DNA of 38,232 bases. It comes from an uncultured Gammaproteobacteria bacterium (GTDB lineage: Bacteria; Patescibacteriota; Patescibacteriia; Magasanikbacterales; UBA922). Of the stretch, positions 16,218 through 24,139 are shown piece by piece (the first letter of the stretch is position 1; each line of letters begins with the position of its first letter). The stretch covers positions 1 through 38,232 of the forward strand of contig CAZHUL010000002.1 of assembly GCA_964535435.1 (NCBI GenBank), written 5' to 3'. Both the position numbers and the translations under genes were made by a program. The notes below the pieces were generated by a model, which saw only the letters and a program-made list of their open reading frames with translations, was not told the origin of the DNA and searched no databases.

Positions 16218-16246
16218 AGCTTATCACAAAATTTATGTTTTGTCAA
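16218..16246 (-). promoter_or_regulatory. Promoter TTGACA-17-TGaTAAGCT for 15627..16190
   Basis: The minus strand reads TTGACAaaacataaattttgtgaTAAGCT. Confidence 0.5.
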
Positions 16247-16281
16247 TCTTTTTATTCATTTTATTAATTTAAAAAACAACA

Positions 16282-16863
16282 CTAAAAAGGAAGTGTCATA
16301 TTTATAGAATTACTTGCGCCACCCGCCGAAGTTTGGTTAACTGGCATTTCAAAATTTACAGCAATTGGCAATATCTCACCTGTAATAGTTGGATAATAAA
16401 GCATCCTGTTTTTTATTCCGTACTCATAAATTTCCTTTGTTACCCTTACATCTTGTTCACAATATTTTTTGATTTCATCTATTTTTCCCTCGTCCCACCA
16501 TTTCATTGCTTGTAATCCATCGGCACTCTTTTCTATCTGCAAAGTTGCTTTCGCAATGTCATTCAACCTATATCTTTTTCCTGAAGATTCTTTAATTACC
16601 TTCAACAAATCTAAATGAGGGAAGCTTTTTAAATCGCCTGCATAATATTTATTTAAAATTGGAATATCAAAAGATTCACTATTATATCCAATTAGTCTTT
16701 CTGCTTTTTCCAAAATTGGCCATAAATTTATTAATTCCTCTTTTGTATAAGATGAATATTTTCCAGTTTCAGTTTCACAAATAGAAACCACCGTCATTTC
16801 TAATTCTGCAAAATTTCTAATATCTCCTGTTGTTTCTATATCAAATACTACTTCTCTTGACAT
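16282..16863 (-). CDS. Stand-alone DEDDy-type 3'-5' exonuclease (RNase H-like fold, PolB-exonuclease-like)
   Basis: Exo I is VVFDIETTG, Exo II is IGYNSESFDIPIL and Exo III is KKYCEQDVRVT (YxxxD). The track start at 16896 is TTG and runs across a hairpin. The ATG at 16863 gives MSREVVFDIETTG. Confidence 0.75.
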   Translation of the reverse strand: MSREVVFDIETTGDIRNFAELEMTVVSICETETGKYSSYTKEELINLWPILEKAERLIGYNSESFDIPILNKYYAGDLKSFPHLDLLKVIKESSGKRYRLNDIAKATLQIEKSADGLQAMKWWDEGKIDEIKKYCEQDVRVTKEIYEYGIKNRMLYYPTITGEILPIAVNFEMPVNQTSAGGASNSINMTLPF

Positions 16864-16926
16864 AATATAAACTTTTACATAAAAGAAAAAGTGCAAAAAG
16901 CACCTTTTCTGTTAATTATAAGAAAA

Positions 16927-17166
16927 CTATTCTTTTGATCTTGCCAAAACTTCATCAATCTGAGTTTTATCAAAACCTATCAAAATTTCTCCCCCTATAT
17001 CTAATACTGGTACTCCCAATTGTCCGGATTTTTCTTGCATTTCCCCTGCTTTTTCTCTGTCTTCTGCAACATTAATATCTTCAAATTCAACTCCTTTTTC
17101 TTTTAGATAATCCTTTGCCTTATGGCAATATGGACAAGTTGGTGTACTATAAACTAAAACTTTCAT
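16927..17166 (-). CDS. Glutaredoxin-like protein (NrdH/YruB type, CPYC active site)
   Basis: The sequence is MKVLVYSTPTCPYCHKAKDYLKEKGVEFEDINV...GVPVLDIGGEILIGF. The track start at 17226 is TTG, and the ATG is at 17166. Confidence 0.85.
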   Translation of the reverse strand: MKVLVYSTPTCPYCHKAKDYLKEKGVEFEDINVAEDREKAGEMQEKSGQLGVPVLDIGGEILIGFDKTQIDEVLARSKE

Positions 17167-17209
17167 AATTATAAAATTATTATTTAATAATACCACTAGT
17201 ATAACATTA

Positions 17210-18106
17210 TTATTTTTTTGCAACAACTAGCATGGCTGTAACTTTTTTTGCAAGTGGAGTCTCATGAAATCCTGTTTTGTAATCTCGAATTGAGTTCATA
17301 ATTGTACTGTAAGAATACCTAAACTCTTCTCCACGTTTTGTACCAGGATCATTTGTGATAAACTCACTTTTATTTTCATCGTAACCACGAATTACAAGCA
17401 TATGAATTTCTGGACCAGGCTGTACAAAATATGGATTATTCAAAAGTCTACCATCAGAAGGAATTAGAACAATTTTTCCGTCTGCCAAATGCTTTTTTAT
17501 ATCATCTACATTAATATCGTAAAATAATTCGACATTTGGATAATTGTAATATTCTGTCAACAATCTTTTTGTGTCTGAAGCAGAACTATCATGATAAGTA
17601 CCCCATTGCGAAACCTCCCAAGCAGACATTTCAGCAATTTCTTTTGTTGCCTCATCTTTACTCAAACTTTTTCCTTCTACCCATTTTATGGCCATAAGAA
17701 CACTAGCTTCTTCACACGCATCTTGGTATCTAGCGTCATCCCATTGAGCAAACGGTGCCTGAGATGTAAACGGCACATCATAATTTATTTTTAACAGAAC
17801 ACCTTCTGCGTCTATTTTAGACGGGGCCACAAATTCAACTATTTTTGTAATTAAACTTTTTTCCTCTACTGCTGGTTCTACAACTTTTTCTTCTACAGCG
17901 CCATCGTTTTCTTCTTTTGGCAATTCATCTTCCACTATTCTGTCACTATTTGAAAATATATTTTTAGTAGTAGATGAAATGTTTTCCTTTGTTTTTGCTA
18001 AAGATTCTGGAAACTTGTCATACTTTAAATAAAAAAAAGACAAAAAAATTAAGACAAAAAAACAACATGCTAAAAAGGAATAAAGAAACAAAAAACTTTT
18101 TTTCAT
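17210..18106 (-). CDS. Membrane-anchored C39-like peptidase domain protein (Peptidase_C39_2-like)
   Basis: An N-terminal TM helix and an acidic linker precede YDVPFTSQAPFAQWDDARYQDACEEASVLMA (catalytic Cys context) and a later HMLVIRGYD (His). Confidence 0.7.
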   Translation of the reverse strand: MKKSFLFLYSFLACCFFVLIFLSFFYLKYDKFPESLAKTKENISSTTKNIFSNSDRIVEDELPKEENDGAVEEKVVEPAVEEKSLITKIVEFVAPSKIDAEGVLLKINYDVPFTSQAPFAQWDDARYQDACEEASVLMAIKWVEGKSLSKDEATKEIAEMSAWEVSQWGTYHDSSASDTKRLLTEYYNYPNVELFYDINVDDIKKHLADGKIVLIPSDGRLLNNPYFVQPGPEIHMLVIRGYDENKSEFITNDPGTKRGEEFRYSYSTIMNSIRDYKTGFHETPLAKKVTAMLVVAKK

Positions 18107-18164
18107 AAAAACATTGCTACTTAGATCAATTTATAATATCATTATTATAACATTAAATTGTATT

Positions 18165-19145
18165 ATGAAGAAAGAAATTGTAATAATAGGAGGAGGAACC
18201 GGAACTTTTACTGTTTTAAGTGGTTTACGTAATTATGATGTAAATCTTACAGCAATTGTTTCTATGGCAGACGATGGTGGCTCTACTGGTGCTCTAAGAA
18301 CCGAACTTGGAGTTTTACCACCTGGAGATGTTAGACAGTGTTTAGTAGCTCTTTCTACTTCTGATGTTTTTATGAATACGTTAATGAACCATCGCTTTAC
18401 AGAAGGTTCGTTAAAAGGACACAACTTTGGAAATATCCTCATCTCCGCCTTGGAACAAGTAACTGGAAGTTTTGACAAAGCAATTGAAAAAACATCTGAA
18501 ATTTTAAACATAAAAGGAAAAGTGATACCCGTAACTTTAGAAGACATAACTTTAATAGCAAAACTAAAAAACGGAATGGTTTTACAAGGAGAACATAAAA
18601 TTGACACTGGTAATTTAACTGGACTAGAAAAAATATACTTAAAAAAAGATGCAGAAGCAAATCCAAAAGCGTTAAAAGCTATAGAAAAAGCTGACTTAAT
18701 AATTATTGGCCCAGGAGATATTTACACAAGTCTATTACCAAATTTATTAGTTCGTGGAGTTTCTAAAGCAATCAAAAAAAATAAAAATCCAAAAGTATTC
18801 GTATGTAATCTAATGAATAAACTTGGGCATACAAACAATTTTTGTATTGTAGATTTAGTTGAAGAAATAGAAAAATACCTAAAAGACACTTTTGACTTTG
18901 TATTGTTTAACACATCTGAACCGTTATTAGACTTAACAAAAATTTACAAAGAAGATGGACAAGAAACAGTTTTAATAAATTTAGAAAAAATAAAACAAAG
19001 AAAATCATCATCAAAAACCCAATTTTTTGGAGCCGATTTACTTAGCTCTGTTAGTATAGAAGCACAAAAAGGAGATAACATAAAAAGAAGTTTAGTTCGC
19101 CATAGTCCAGAAAAATTAGCAAAATTAATTTTTTCACTGTTATGA
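18165..19145 (+). CDS. yvcK: YvcK/CofD-family gluconeogenesis factor-like protein
   Basis: IVIIGGGTGTFTVLSGLR, AIVSMADDGGSTGALRTELGVLPPGDVRQCLVAL and IIIGPGDIYTSLLPNLL are present. The track start at 18114 is TTG, and the ATG is at 18165. Confidence 0.88.
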   Translation: MKKEIVIIGGGTGTFTVLSGLRNYDVNLTAIVSMADDGGSTGALRTELGVLPPGDVRQCLVALSTSDVFMNTLMNHRFTEGSLKGHNFGNILISALEQVTGSFDKAIEKTSEILNIKGKVIPVTLEDITLIAKLKNGMVLQGEHKIDTGNLTGLEKIYLKKDAEANPKALKAIEKADLIIIGPGDIYTSLLPNLLVRGVSKAIKKNKNPKVFVCNLMNKLGHTNNFCIVDLVEEIEKYLKDTFDFVLFNTSEPLLDLTKIYKEDGQETVLINLEKIKQRKSSSKTQFFGADLLSSVSIEAQKGDNIKRSLVRHSPEKLAKLIFSLL

Positions 19146-19756
19146 ATTTACCAAAAAATTGTTGCCTGTTATTTGATCTCGACGGAACTTTAGTAACATT
19201 TAAAGACAAAAAACAAGGACTGTGGGATATTTTTTTAAAAAAAGGAATTTCAGACGAAATTATCAAAGAAAATTACCAAAAAGTTATAAATAATGCCTTT
19301 AATTTAGAAAAATTTTTAGATTCTTTTGAAAATTTAGAGAAAACAGAGATTATAATAGAAATGCAAAATTGGTTAAACAAAAACATAATCCTCTACCCAG
19401 ATGCAAGTTTTATAAAAAACAAAGGATTTTCATTTGTTTTATTTACTTTTGGAGACATAAAATATCAACTTGAAAAAATAAATGCCGTAGAAATTAAACC
19501 GGACTTATTTTTATTCTCTGAAAAATTTCCAAAAATACAAACAATCAAATCGTTTATAACTTCTTTGGCATCAAAAATAAAAAAAAATGGACCAATTATA
19601 TTTATAGATAATTCATTTTTAGAACTAGATGCTGTACGAGACGAGGGCTATTCTGAAGATAAAATTATAACTATCTGGCTAAATCGTAACAAAACAAATG
19701 ACAAACCAAGATACAAACACCTAGAGATAAACTCTCTAAATGAATTAAATTTTTAA
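19142..19756 (+). CDS. HAD-superfamily hydrolase
   Basis: Motif I is LLFDLDGTLV. The start overlaps the yvcK stop in an ATGA arrangement. Confidence 0.7.
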   Translation: MNLPKNCCLLFDLDGTLVTFKDKKQGLWDIFLKKGISDEIIKENYQKVINNAFNLEKFLDSFENLEKTEIIIEMQNWLNKNIILYPDASFIKNKGFSFVLFTFGDIKYQLEKINAVEIKPDLFLFSEKFPKIQTIKSFITSLASKIKKNGPIIFIDNSFLELDAVRDEGYSEDKIITIWLNRNKTNDKPRYKHLEINSLNELNF

Positions 19757-19757
19757 A

Positions 19758-19789
19758 GAAAAAATCATCGGCAGTACCGATGATTTTTT
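19758..19789. terminator. Bidirectional hairpin terminator between HAD (+) and rpsI (-)
   Basis: aaaaaATCATCGGcagtaCCGATGATttttt. Confidence 0.75.
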
Positions 19790-19805
19790 CTTTAAAGCAT
19801 ATTTT

Positions 19806-20210
19806 TTAACGCTTTCTCCATTGATGTCCACGTCTTGCCCTTCTTTGTCCTGGTTTCTTTCTTTCTTTTGAACGAGGATCTCTAGTTGTGTATCCTTCTG
19901 CTTTCAAAATTGGTTTCAAAGTTTCGTCTAATTTAATCAAAGCTCTTGTAATTCCGTGTCTGATAGCTTCTGCCTGACCATTAACTCCACCCCCCAAAAC
20001 TCTTACAGAAACATCAAATTCATTTTCTTTTCCAGTAAGCAGAAAAGGTGCAAGAATTTTTTCTTGCCACAAAATAAGTGGAAAATATTCCTTTAGGTCT
20101 TTATCGTTAATAACGATATTACCTTTTCCTTTTTGGATACGAACACGAGCGGCAGCAGTTTTTCTTCTACCAACAGCACGTATAATTGTAATTTCTTTAT
20201 CACCAACCAT
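19806..20210 (-). CDS. rpsI: 30S ribosomal protein S9
   Basis: GRRKTAAARVRI... is present, and the C-terminus reads TRDPRSKERKKPGQRRARRGHQWRKR. Confidence 0.95.
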   Translation of the reverse strand: MVGDKEITIIRAVGRRKTAAARVRIQKGKGNIVINDKDLKEYFPLILWQEKILAPFLLTGKENEFDVSVRVLGGGVNGQAEAIRHGITRALIKLDETLKPILKAEGYTTRDPRSKERKKPGQRRARRGHQWRKR

Positions 20211-20214
20211 AATA

Positions 20215-20577
20215 TTAAACCTTAATAGTCAAACGTTTCATCATATTGTTACGCAATCTGTTCTTTGGCAACATACCATAAACAGCTTTTTTCATAACTT
20301 CTGTAGGATTTTTATCAAAAACTTTCTTTAAAGGAGATCTTCTTAATCCACCTGGATGCATAGTATGGTGAAAAAAATCTTTTTGTACCAATTTTCTTCC
20401 TGTAAATTTAACTTTTCCAGAGTTTACAATCGTTACAAAATCACCACAATCTAAATGGGGGGCAAAAGAAGTCTTATTTTTACCGCGCAAAATCGTAGCT
20501 ACTTCTGTAGCAACACGACCAACAGATCTATCTGTTGCATCAATTTCATGTAATTTTCTAATTATTTCTATAGCCAT
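20215..20577 (-). CDS. rplM: 50S ribosomal protein L13
   Basis: IDATDRSVGRVATEVATILRGKNK and GMLPKNRL are present. The track start at 20589 is TTG, and the ATG at 20577 leaves a 4-nt gap after rplQ. Confidence 0.93.
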   Translation of the reverse strand: MAIEIIRKLHEIDATDRSVGRVATEVATILRGKNKTSFAPHLDCGDFVTIVNSGKVKFTGRKLVQKDFFHHTMHPGGLRRSPLKKVFDKNPTEVMKKAVYGMLPKNRLRNNMMKRLTIKV

Positions 20578-20581
20578 ATTT

Positions 20582-20932
20582 TTAAACAAACTCTATCTTA
20601 ACTATTGGAGCACCATCGTTTTTTCTGTTCTCCAATTTAATAATACGAGTGTAGCCACCATCTCTCTCAACATATTTTGGCCCTACCTCTTCCATCAATT
20701 TCTTTACAGCTTCTTCTGTAAACAATTTACTAATAACTAGTCTACGTGCAGCTAACGTATTTTTTCTTGCTTTTGTTACTAAAGGTTCAACATAAGTTCT
20801 AAGAGCCTTAGCTTTAGCTTCGGTTGTCTTTATAGAACCATGTAAGATCAAGCTTTCTGCCAAATTCTTAATAAGAGCAGTTCTAGCAGCTTTTTCTCTT
20901 CCTAAAGTAAATTTTTGTTTTCTATGACGCAT
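20582..20932 (-). CDS. rplQ: 50S ribosomal protein L17
   Basis: MRHRKQKFTLGR...RNLAESLILHGSIKTTEAKAK...GGYTRI matches L17. Confidence 0.95.
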   Translation of the reverse strand: MRHRKQKFTLGREKAARTALIKNLAESLILHGSIKTTEAKAKALRTYVEPLVTKARKNTLAARRLVISKLFTEEAVKKLMEEVGPKYVERDGGYTRIIKLENRKNDGAPIVKIEFV

Positions 20933-20949
20933 AAAATTCTTACTTTTAT

Positions 20950-21726
20950 CTACTTCTTTGTAGTTGCTTTCTTATCTTTAGCTACGGTCTTCTTTTTTGC
21001 AACTTTTTTTGCTTTAGCTTTTACTTCCTCGTTTCCACCTGAAGCTTCTAAAACTAATCCAAAATAGTCCATTAAAATTTTTGCTGCTTGTGCAACAGCT
21101 TCTTTTGGGGTAATTGTTCCGTCTGTTTCAATATCTAAAACTAATTTTTCATAGTCTGTAACATCTCCAACACGAATCAATTCTACAGTATGACCAACAT
21201 TACGAATTGGTGTATAAAGTGAGTCCACACCTATTGTACCTAAATCAAAACTTTTTGTATCTTTTTCTCCAACTGGTACATAGCCACGACCATTACCAAT
21301 TGTAATCTCCATTTCAAAATTCTTGTCTGCAGAAGTAATAGTTGCTAATTTTAATTCTGGGTTAGCAATTTCAATATCCGCATTTTTATCAAAATCTGCA
21401 GCTGTTACATCTCCCAGTCCTTTTTTGTTTAAAAATAATGTAACTGGTTCTTCTGAGAAAGAACGTACAGCCAACTCTTTTAAGTTCATTATAATTTCCA
21501 CAACATCTTCTGCTATACCTTCTGTAGCTGAAAATTCATGTTGTACACCATTAATTTTTACAGATTCAACAGCGGCACCAGGCAATGATGAAAGCAATAC
21601 TCTTCTAAAAGCATTACCTAAAGTTACACCATAACCCTGATGACAAGGTGTAATAACAACCTGACCAACATTTGGTTGTTCGCCATCTTTGAACTCAATT
21701 GTATTTGGTAGTAAAATTTGCTCCAT
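20950..21726 (-). CDS. rpoA: DNA-directed RNA polymerase alpha subunit, N-terminal domain only, with a Lys-rich tail (no alpha-CTD)
   Basis: GYGVTLGNAFRRVLLSSLPGAAV and YTPIRNVGHTVE match the alpha NTD. The protein is 258 aa and ends KAKAKKVAKKKTVAKDKKATTKK. Confidence 0.9.
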   Translation of the reverse strand: MEQILLPNTIEFKDGEQPNVGQVVITPCHQGYGVTLGNAFRRVLLSSLPGAAVESVKINGVQHEFSATEGIAEDVVEIIMNLKELAVRSFSEEPVTLFLNKKGLGDVTAADFDKNADIEIANPELKLATITSADKNFEMEITIGNGRGYVPVGEKDTKSFDLGTIGVDSLYTPIRNVGHTVELIRVGDVTDYEKLVLDIETDGTITPKEAVAQAAKILMDYFGLVLEASGGNEEVKAKAKKVAKKKTVAKDKKATTKK

Positions 21727-21765
21727 ATAATAATGTTTTATAGAGGAACCCCCCTCTTTTTTATA

Positions 21766-22389
21766 TTAACGTGATGAGTAATACTCAATTATTAATTTAA
21801 CATCAAAAACCTTTTCAAAATCATCTTCAAGTGGAGTACTAACAACCTTTCCGGAAAGTTTATTTAAATCCATAGAAACCCAAGATGGTAATTCTGCATT
21901 TGACAAATCTTCTTGTAAATTTTCAAACATTTTCTTTTTCTTTTTGCTGTCTTTAATAGTAATCTCGTCTCCAACCTTAACAGTGTGTGATGGGATGTTC
22001 ATGAATTTACCGTTTAGGGTAAAAAGTGAGTGATTTACCATTTGTCTTGCTTGAGCTCTTGTTTTTGCAAAACCCATTTTGTAAACCACATTGTCCAATC
22101 TCATTTCCAAAAGTTGATGAAGATTAACTCCGGAGTCGCCAGATATTTTGTTTGCTTTTCCTACATAAGAACTAAATTGCCTTTCTCTAATTCCGTAAAT
22201 CAATTTAGCTTTTTGTTTTTCTAAAAGTTGTTTACCATAACTAGAAACATTTTTACGTCCTTTGCTTAAACCTTGAATCCCAGGTGGTTGGCTTAAACGT
22301 TTTGCAACCTTTGCTGTATTACTTTTCAATCCTAAATGTACGCCAAAACGACGTGCTAGTTTATTTTTTGGTCCAATATACTTTCCCAT
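21766..22389 (-). CDS. rpsD: 30S ribosomal protein S4
   Basis: MGKYIGPKNKLARRFG, YGKQLLEKQK and RLDNVVYKMGFAKTRAQARQMVNH (S4 domain) are present. Confidence 0.95.
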   Translation of the reverse strand: MGKYIGPKNKLARRFGVHLGLKSNTAKVAKRLSQPPGIQGLSKGRKNVSSYGKQLLEKQKAKLIYGIRERQFSSYVGKANKISGDSGVNLHQLLEMRLDNVVYKMGFAKTRAQARQMVNHSLFTLNGKFMNIPSHTVKVGDEITIKDSKKKKKMFENLQEDLSNAELPSWVSMDLNKLSGKVVSTPLEDDFEKVFDVKLIIEYYSSR

Positions 22390-22406
22390 AACTATTCTTT
22401 TAAAAA

Positions 22407-22802
22407 TTACACTCTTCTTCTTTTTCTAGGTCTACATCCATTGTGTGGAATAGGTGTAACGTCTTTTATAGATAAAACTTGAATTCCGCCAGTATTAAAG
22501 GTACGGATTGCAGATTCTCTTCCTCCTCCAATTCCTTTTATAAAAATACTCACTTCTTTAAGTCCATATTCCTTTATAGCGTCAGTAACTTTTTTAACAA
22601 CTTGGCTTGCAGCATAAGGAGTAGCTTTTTTTGGTCCTTTAAAACCAACCATTCCAGCACTAGCCCAACCAAGAACATTTCCATTTTGATCGGTTACTGA
22701 AACAATAGTATTATTAAAGGTAGCTTGAATATAGACCCTTCCTGTCGGAACACTCTTTATTACCTTTTTTTTCTTTGCTTTTTTTGCTACTTTATTAGCC
22801 AT
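22407..22802 (-). CDS. rpsK: 30S ribosomal protein S11
   Basis: [31 protein letters not shown] and [16 protein letters not shown] are present. Confidence 0.95.
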   Translation of the reverse strand: MANKVAKKAKKKKVIKSVPTGRVYIQATFNNTIVSVTDQNGNVLGWASAGMVGFKGPKKATPYAASQVVKKVTDAIKEYGLKEVSIFIKGIGGGRESAIRTFNTGGIQVLSIKDVTPIPHNGCRPRKRRRV

Positions 22803-22820
22803 AAATTATATAAAAGTTAA

Positions 22821-23207
22821 TTATGTCTTTTGTGCTACTGGTTTATTTCCACTAGTAGCCAAGTTTCTAACATTTCCTCTAACTGTGCGAGAATTAGTCT
22901 TTGTTCTTTGCCCACGCACAGGTAAACGTTTTGCATGTCGAGAACCACGGTAAGACTTAATATCTTTCAATCTTTTTATATTTGAAGAAACGATTCTTCT
23001 TAAATTTCCTTCTGTTGTTAGACTTTTTTCTACAATGCTACGAATTGCATCTTCTTGTTCTTGTGTTAAATCTTTAACAGAAGTGTCTGGATCAACTCCA
23101 GCACTTTGCAAAACTTTTTTTGCGCTAGTTGCACCAATCCCATATACATAAGTAAGGGAAACTCCAACTTTCTTTTCTTTAGGTATTGTTACTCCAGATA
23201 ATCTCAT
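22821..23207 (-). CDS. rpsM: 30S ribosomal protein S13
   Basis: [23 protein letters not shown] and [14 protein letters not shown] are present. Confidence 0.95.
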   Translation of the reverse strand: MRLSGVTIPKEKKVGVSLTYVYGIGATSAKKVLQSAGVDPDTSVKDLTQEQEDAIRSIVEKSLTTEGNLRRIVSSNIKRLKDIKSYRGSRHAKRLPVRGQRTKTNSRTVRGNVRNLATSGNKPVAQKT

Positions 23208-23219
23208 AAAATACTTTAA

Positions 23220-23357
23220 TTAAGCTGCTTTTTTTCTTTGTTTAGTACCTTGTCTTTGTTTGTGTCTTGGATTCTCACAGATAACATAAACAACACCACT
23301 TCTACGTGTGGTTTTACATTTGATACAACGTTTTTTAACTGATGACTTAACTTTCAT
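23220..23357 (-). CDS. rpmJ: 50S ribosomal protein L36 (45 aa), absent from the ORF track
   Basis: My minus-strand translation gives [45 protein letters not shown], with a TAA stop at 23220-23222. The CxxC...C...H zinc ribbon pattern and the position between infA and rpsM are classical. Confidence 0.9.
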   Translation of the reverse strand: MKVKSSVKKRCIKCKTTRRSGVVYVICENPRHKQRQGTKQRKKAA

Positions 23358-23366
23358 AAACTAAGT

Positions 23367-23582
23367 TTAAAATCTATAAGTAATTCTTCCTTTTTTAAGG
23401 TCGTAAGGAGTCATCTCTACCTTTACCTCATCTCCCACGCCAAGACGTATACGGTTTATTCGCATTTTTCCTGATAAATGTGCTAACACTTCATGTTCAT
23501 TTTCTAGCTTAACTCTGAAGGTAGCACCAGGTAGAAGTTCTTCAATTGTTCCTCTAATCTCTAAAACTGCTTTGTTCGACAT
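23367..23582 (-). CDS. infA: Translation initiation factor IF-1
   Basis: The 71-aa S1-like protein reads [31 protein letters not shown]...[21 protein letters not shown]. Confidence 0.95.
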   Translation of the reverse strand: MSNKAVLEIRGTIEELLPGATFRVKLENEHEVLAHLSGKMRINRIRLGVGDEVKVEMTPYDLKKGRITYRF

Positions 23583-23604
23583 GTGTTTTTAATTAACTGG
23601 CAAC

Positions 23605-23633
23605 ATTTTACATCAAAGTAAAAAAAATGTCAA
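23605..23633 (-). promoter_or_regulatory. Promoter of the infA-to-rpsI operon (TTGACA-17-TAAAAT)
   Basis: The minus strand reads TTGACAttttttttactttgatgTAAAAT, about 22 nt upstream of the infA ATG. Confidence 0.6.
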
Positions 23634-23702
23634 GCCAAAATTTATATTTTTATTTTATTTCTTAATTTAGCCGTTTTTTGGTACTTATTATTGTAGTATA
23701 TT

Positions 23703-24134
23703 TTACCTATAAATCCAATATCTATACAAAAAAAAGTTCCAAGAAACGCCAAGTGCTATTGTGCAAATTCTAACAAACTTATAGTCAAATTCTAAAAAGT
23801 GACTAAACACAAGCATAGTTACAATACCTATTATATAGTTAAACCCAACTACAATCAAGTACTTTATAAATTGCCATTGAATAAAACCTGTTTTTTGATT
23901 ACCGAAAGACCAATATTTGTTTAATAAAAATACAAAAATAAATATTGGAACTTGTCCAAGCATAACCGCACGAACAGGATCTAAATTTAAAATTTCTTTT
24001 AAAAAGATAAGTAAAAGTACATCCAGACATAATGCAGATATTCCTACAACAAAATACCTTACAAACTCTATACGCATCCCCCAAACTAAGTTTAGTAAAT
24101 TTTTTACTTTTTCTTTTGTGGTTTCTAAATTCAT
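23703..24134 (-). CDS. GtrA-family membrane protein
   Basis: The 143-aa protein has 4 TM helices. It shows RYFVVGISALCLDVLLLIFL and a C-terminal WNFFLYRYWIY, typical of GtrA-like proteins. Confidence 0.75.
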   Translation of the reverse strand: MNLETTKEKVKNLLNLVWGMRIEFVRYFVVGISALCLDVLLLIFLKEILNLDPVRAVMLGQVPIFIFVFLLNKYWSFGNQKTGFIQWQFIKYLIVVGFNYIIGIVTMLVFSHFLEFDYKFVRICTIALGVSWNFFLYRYWIYR

Positions 24135-24139
24135 TTTGA

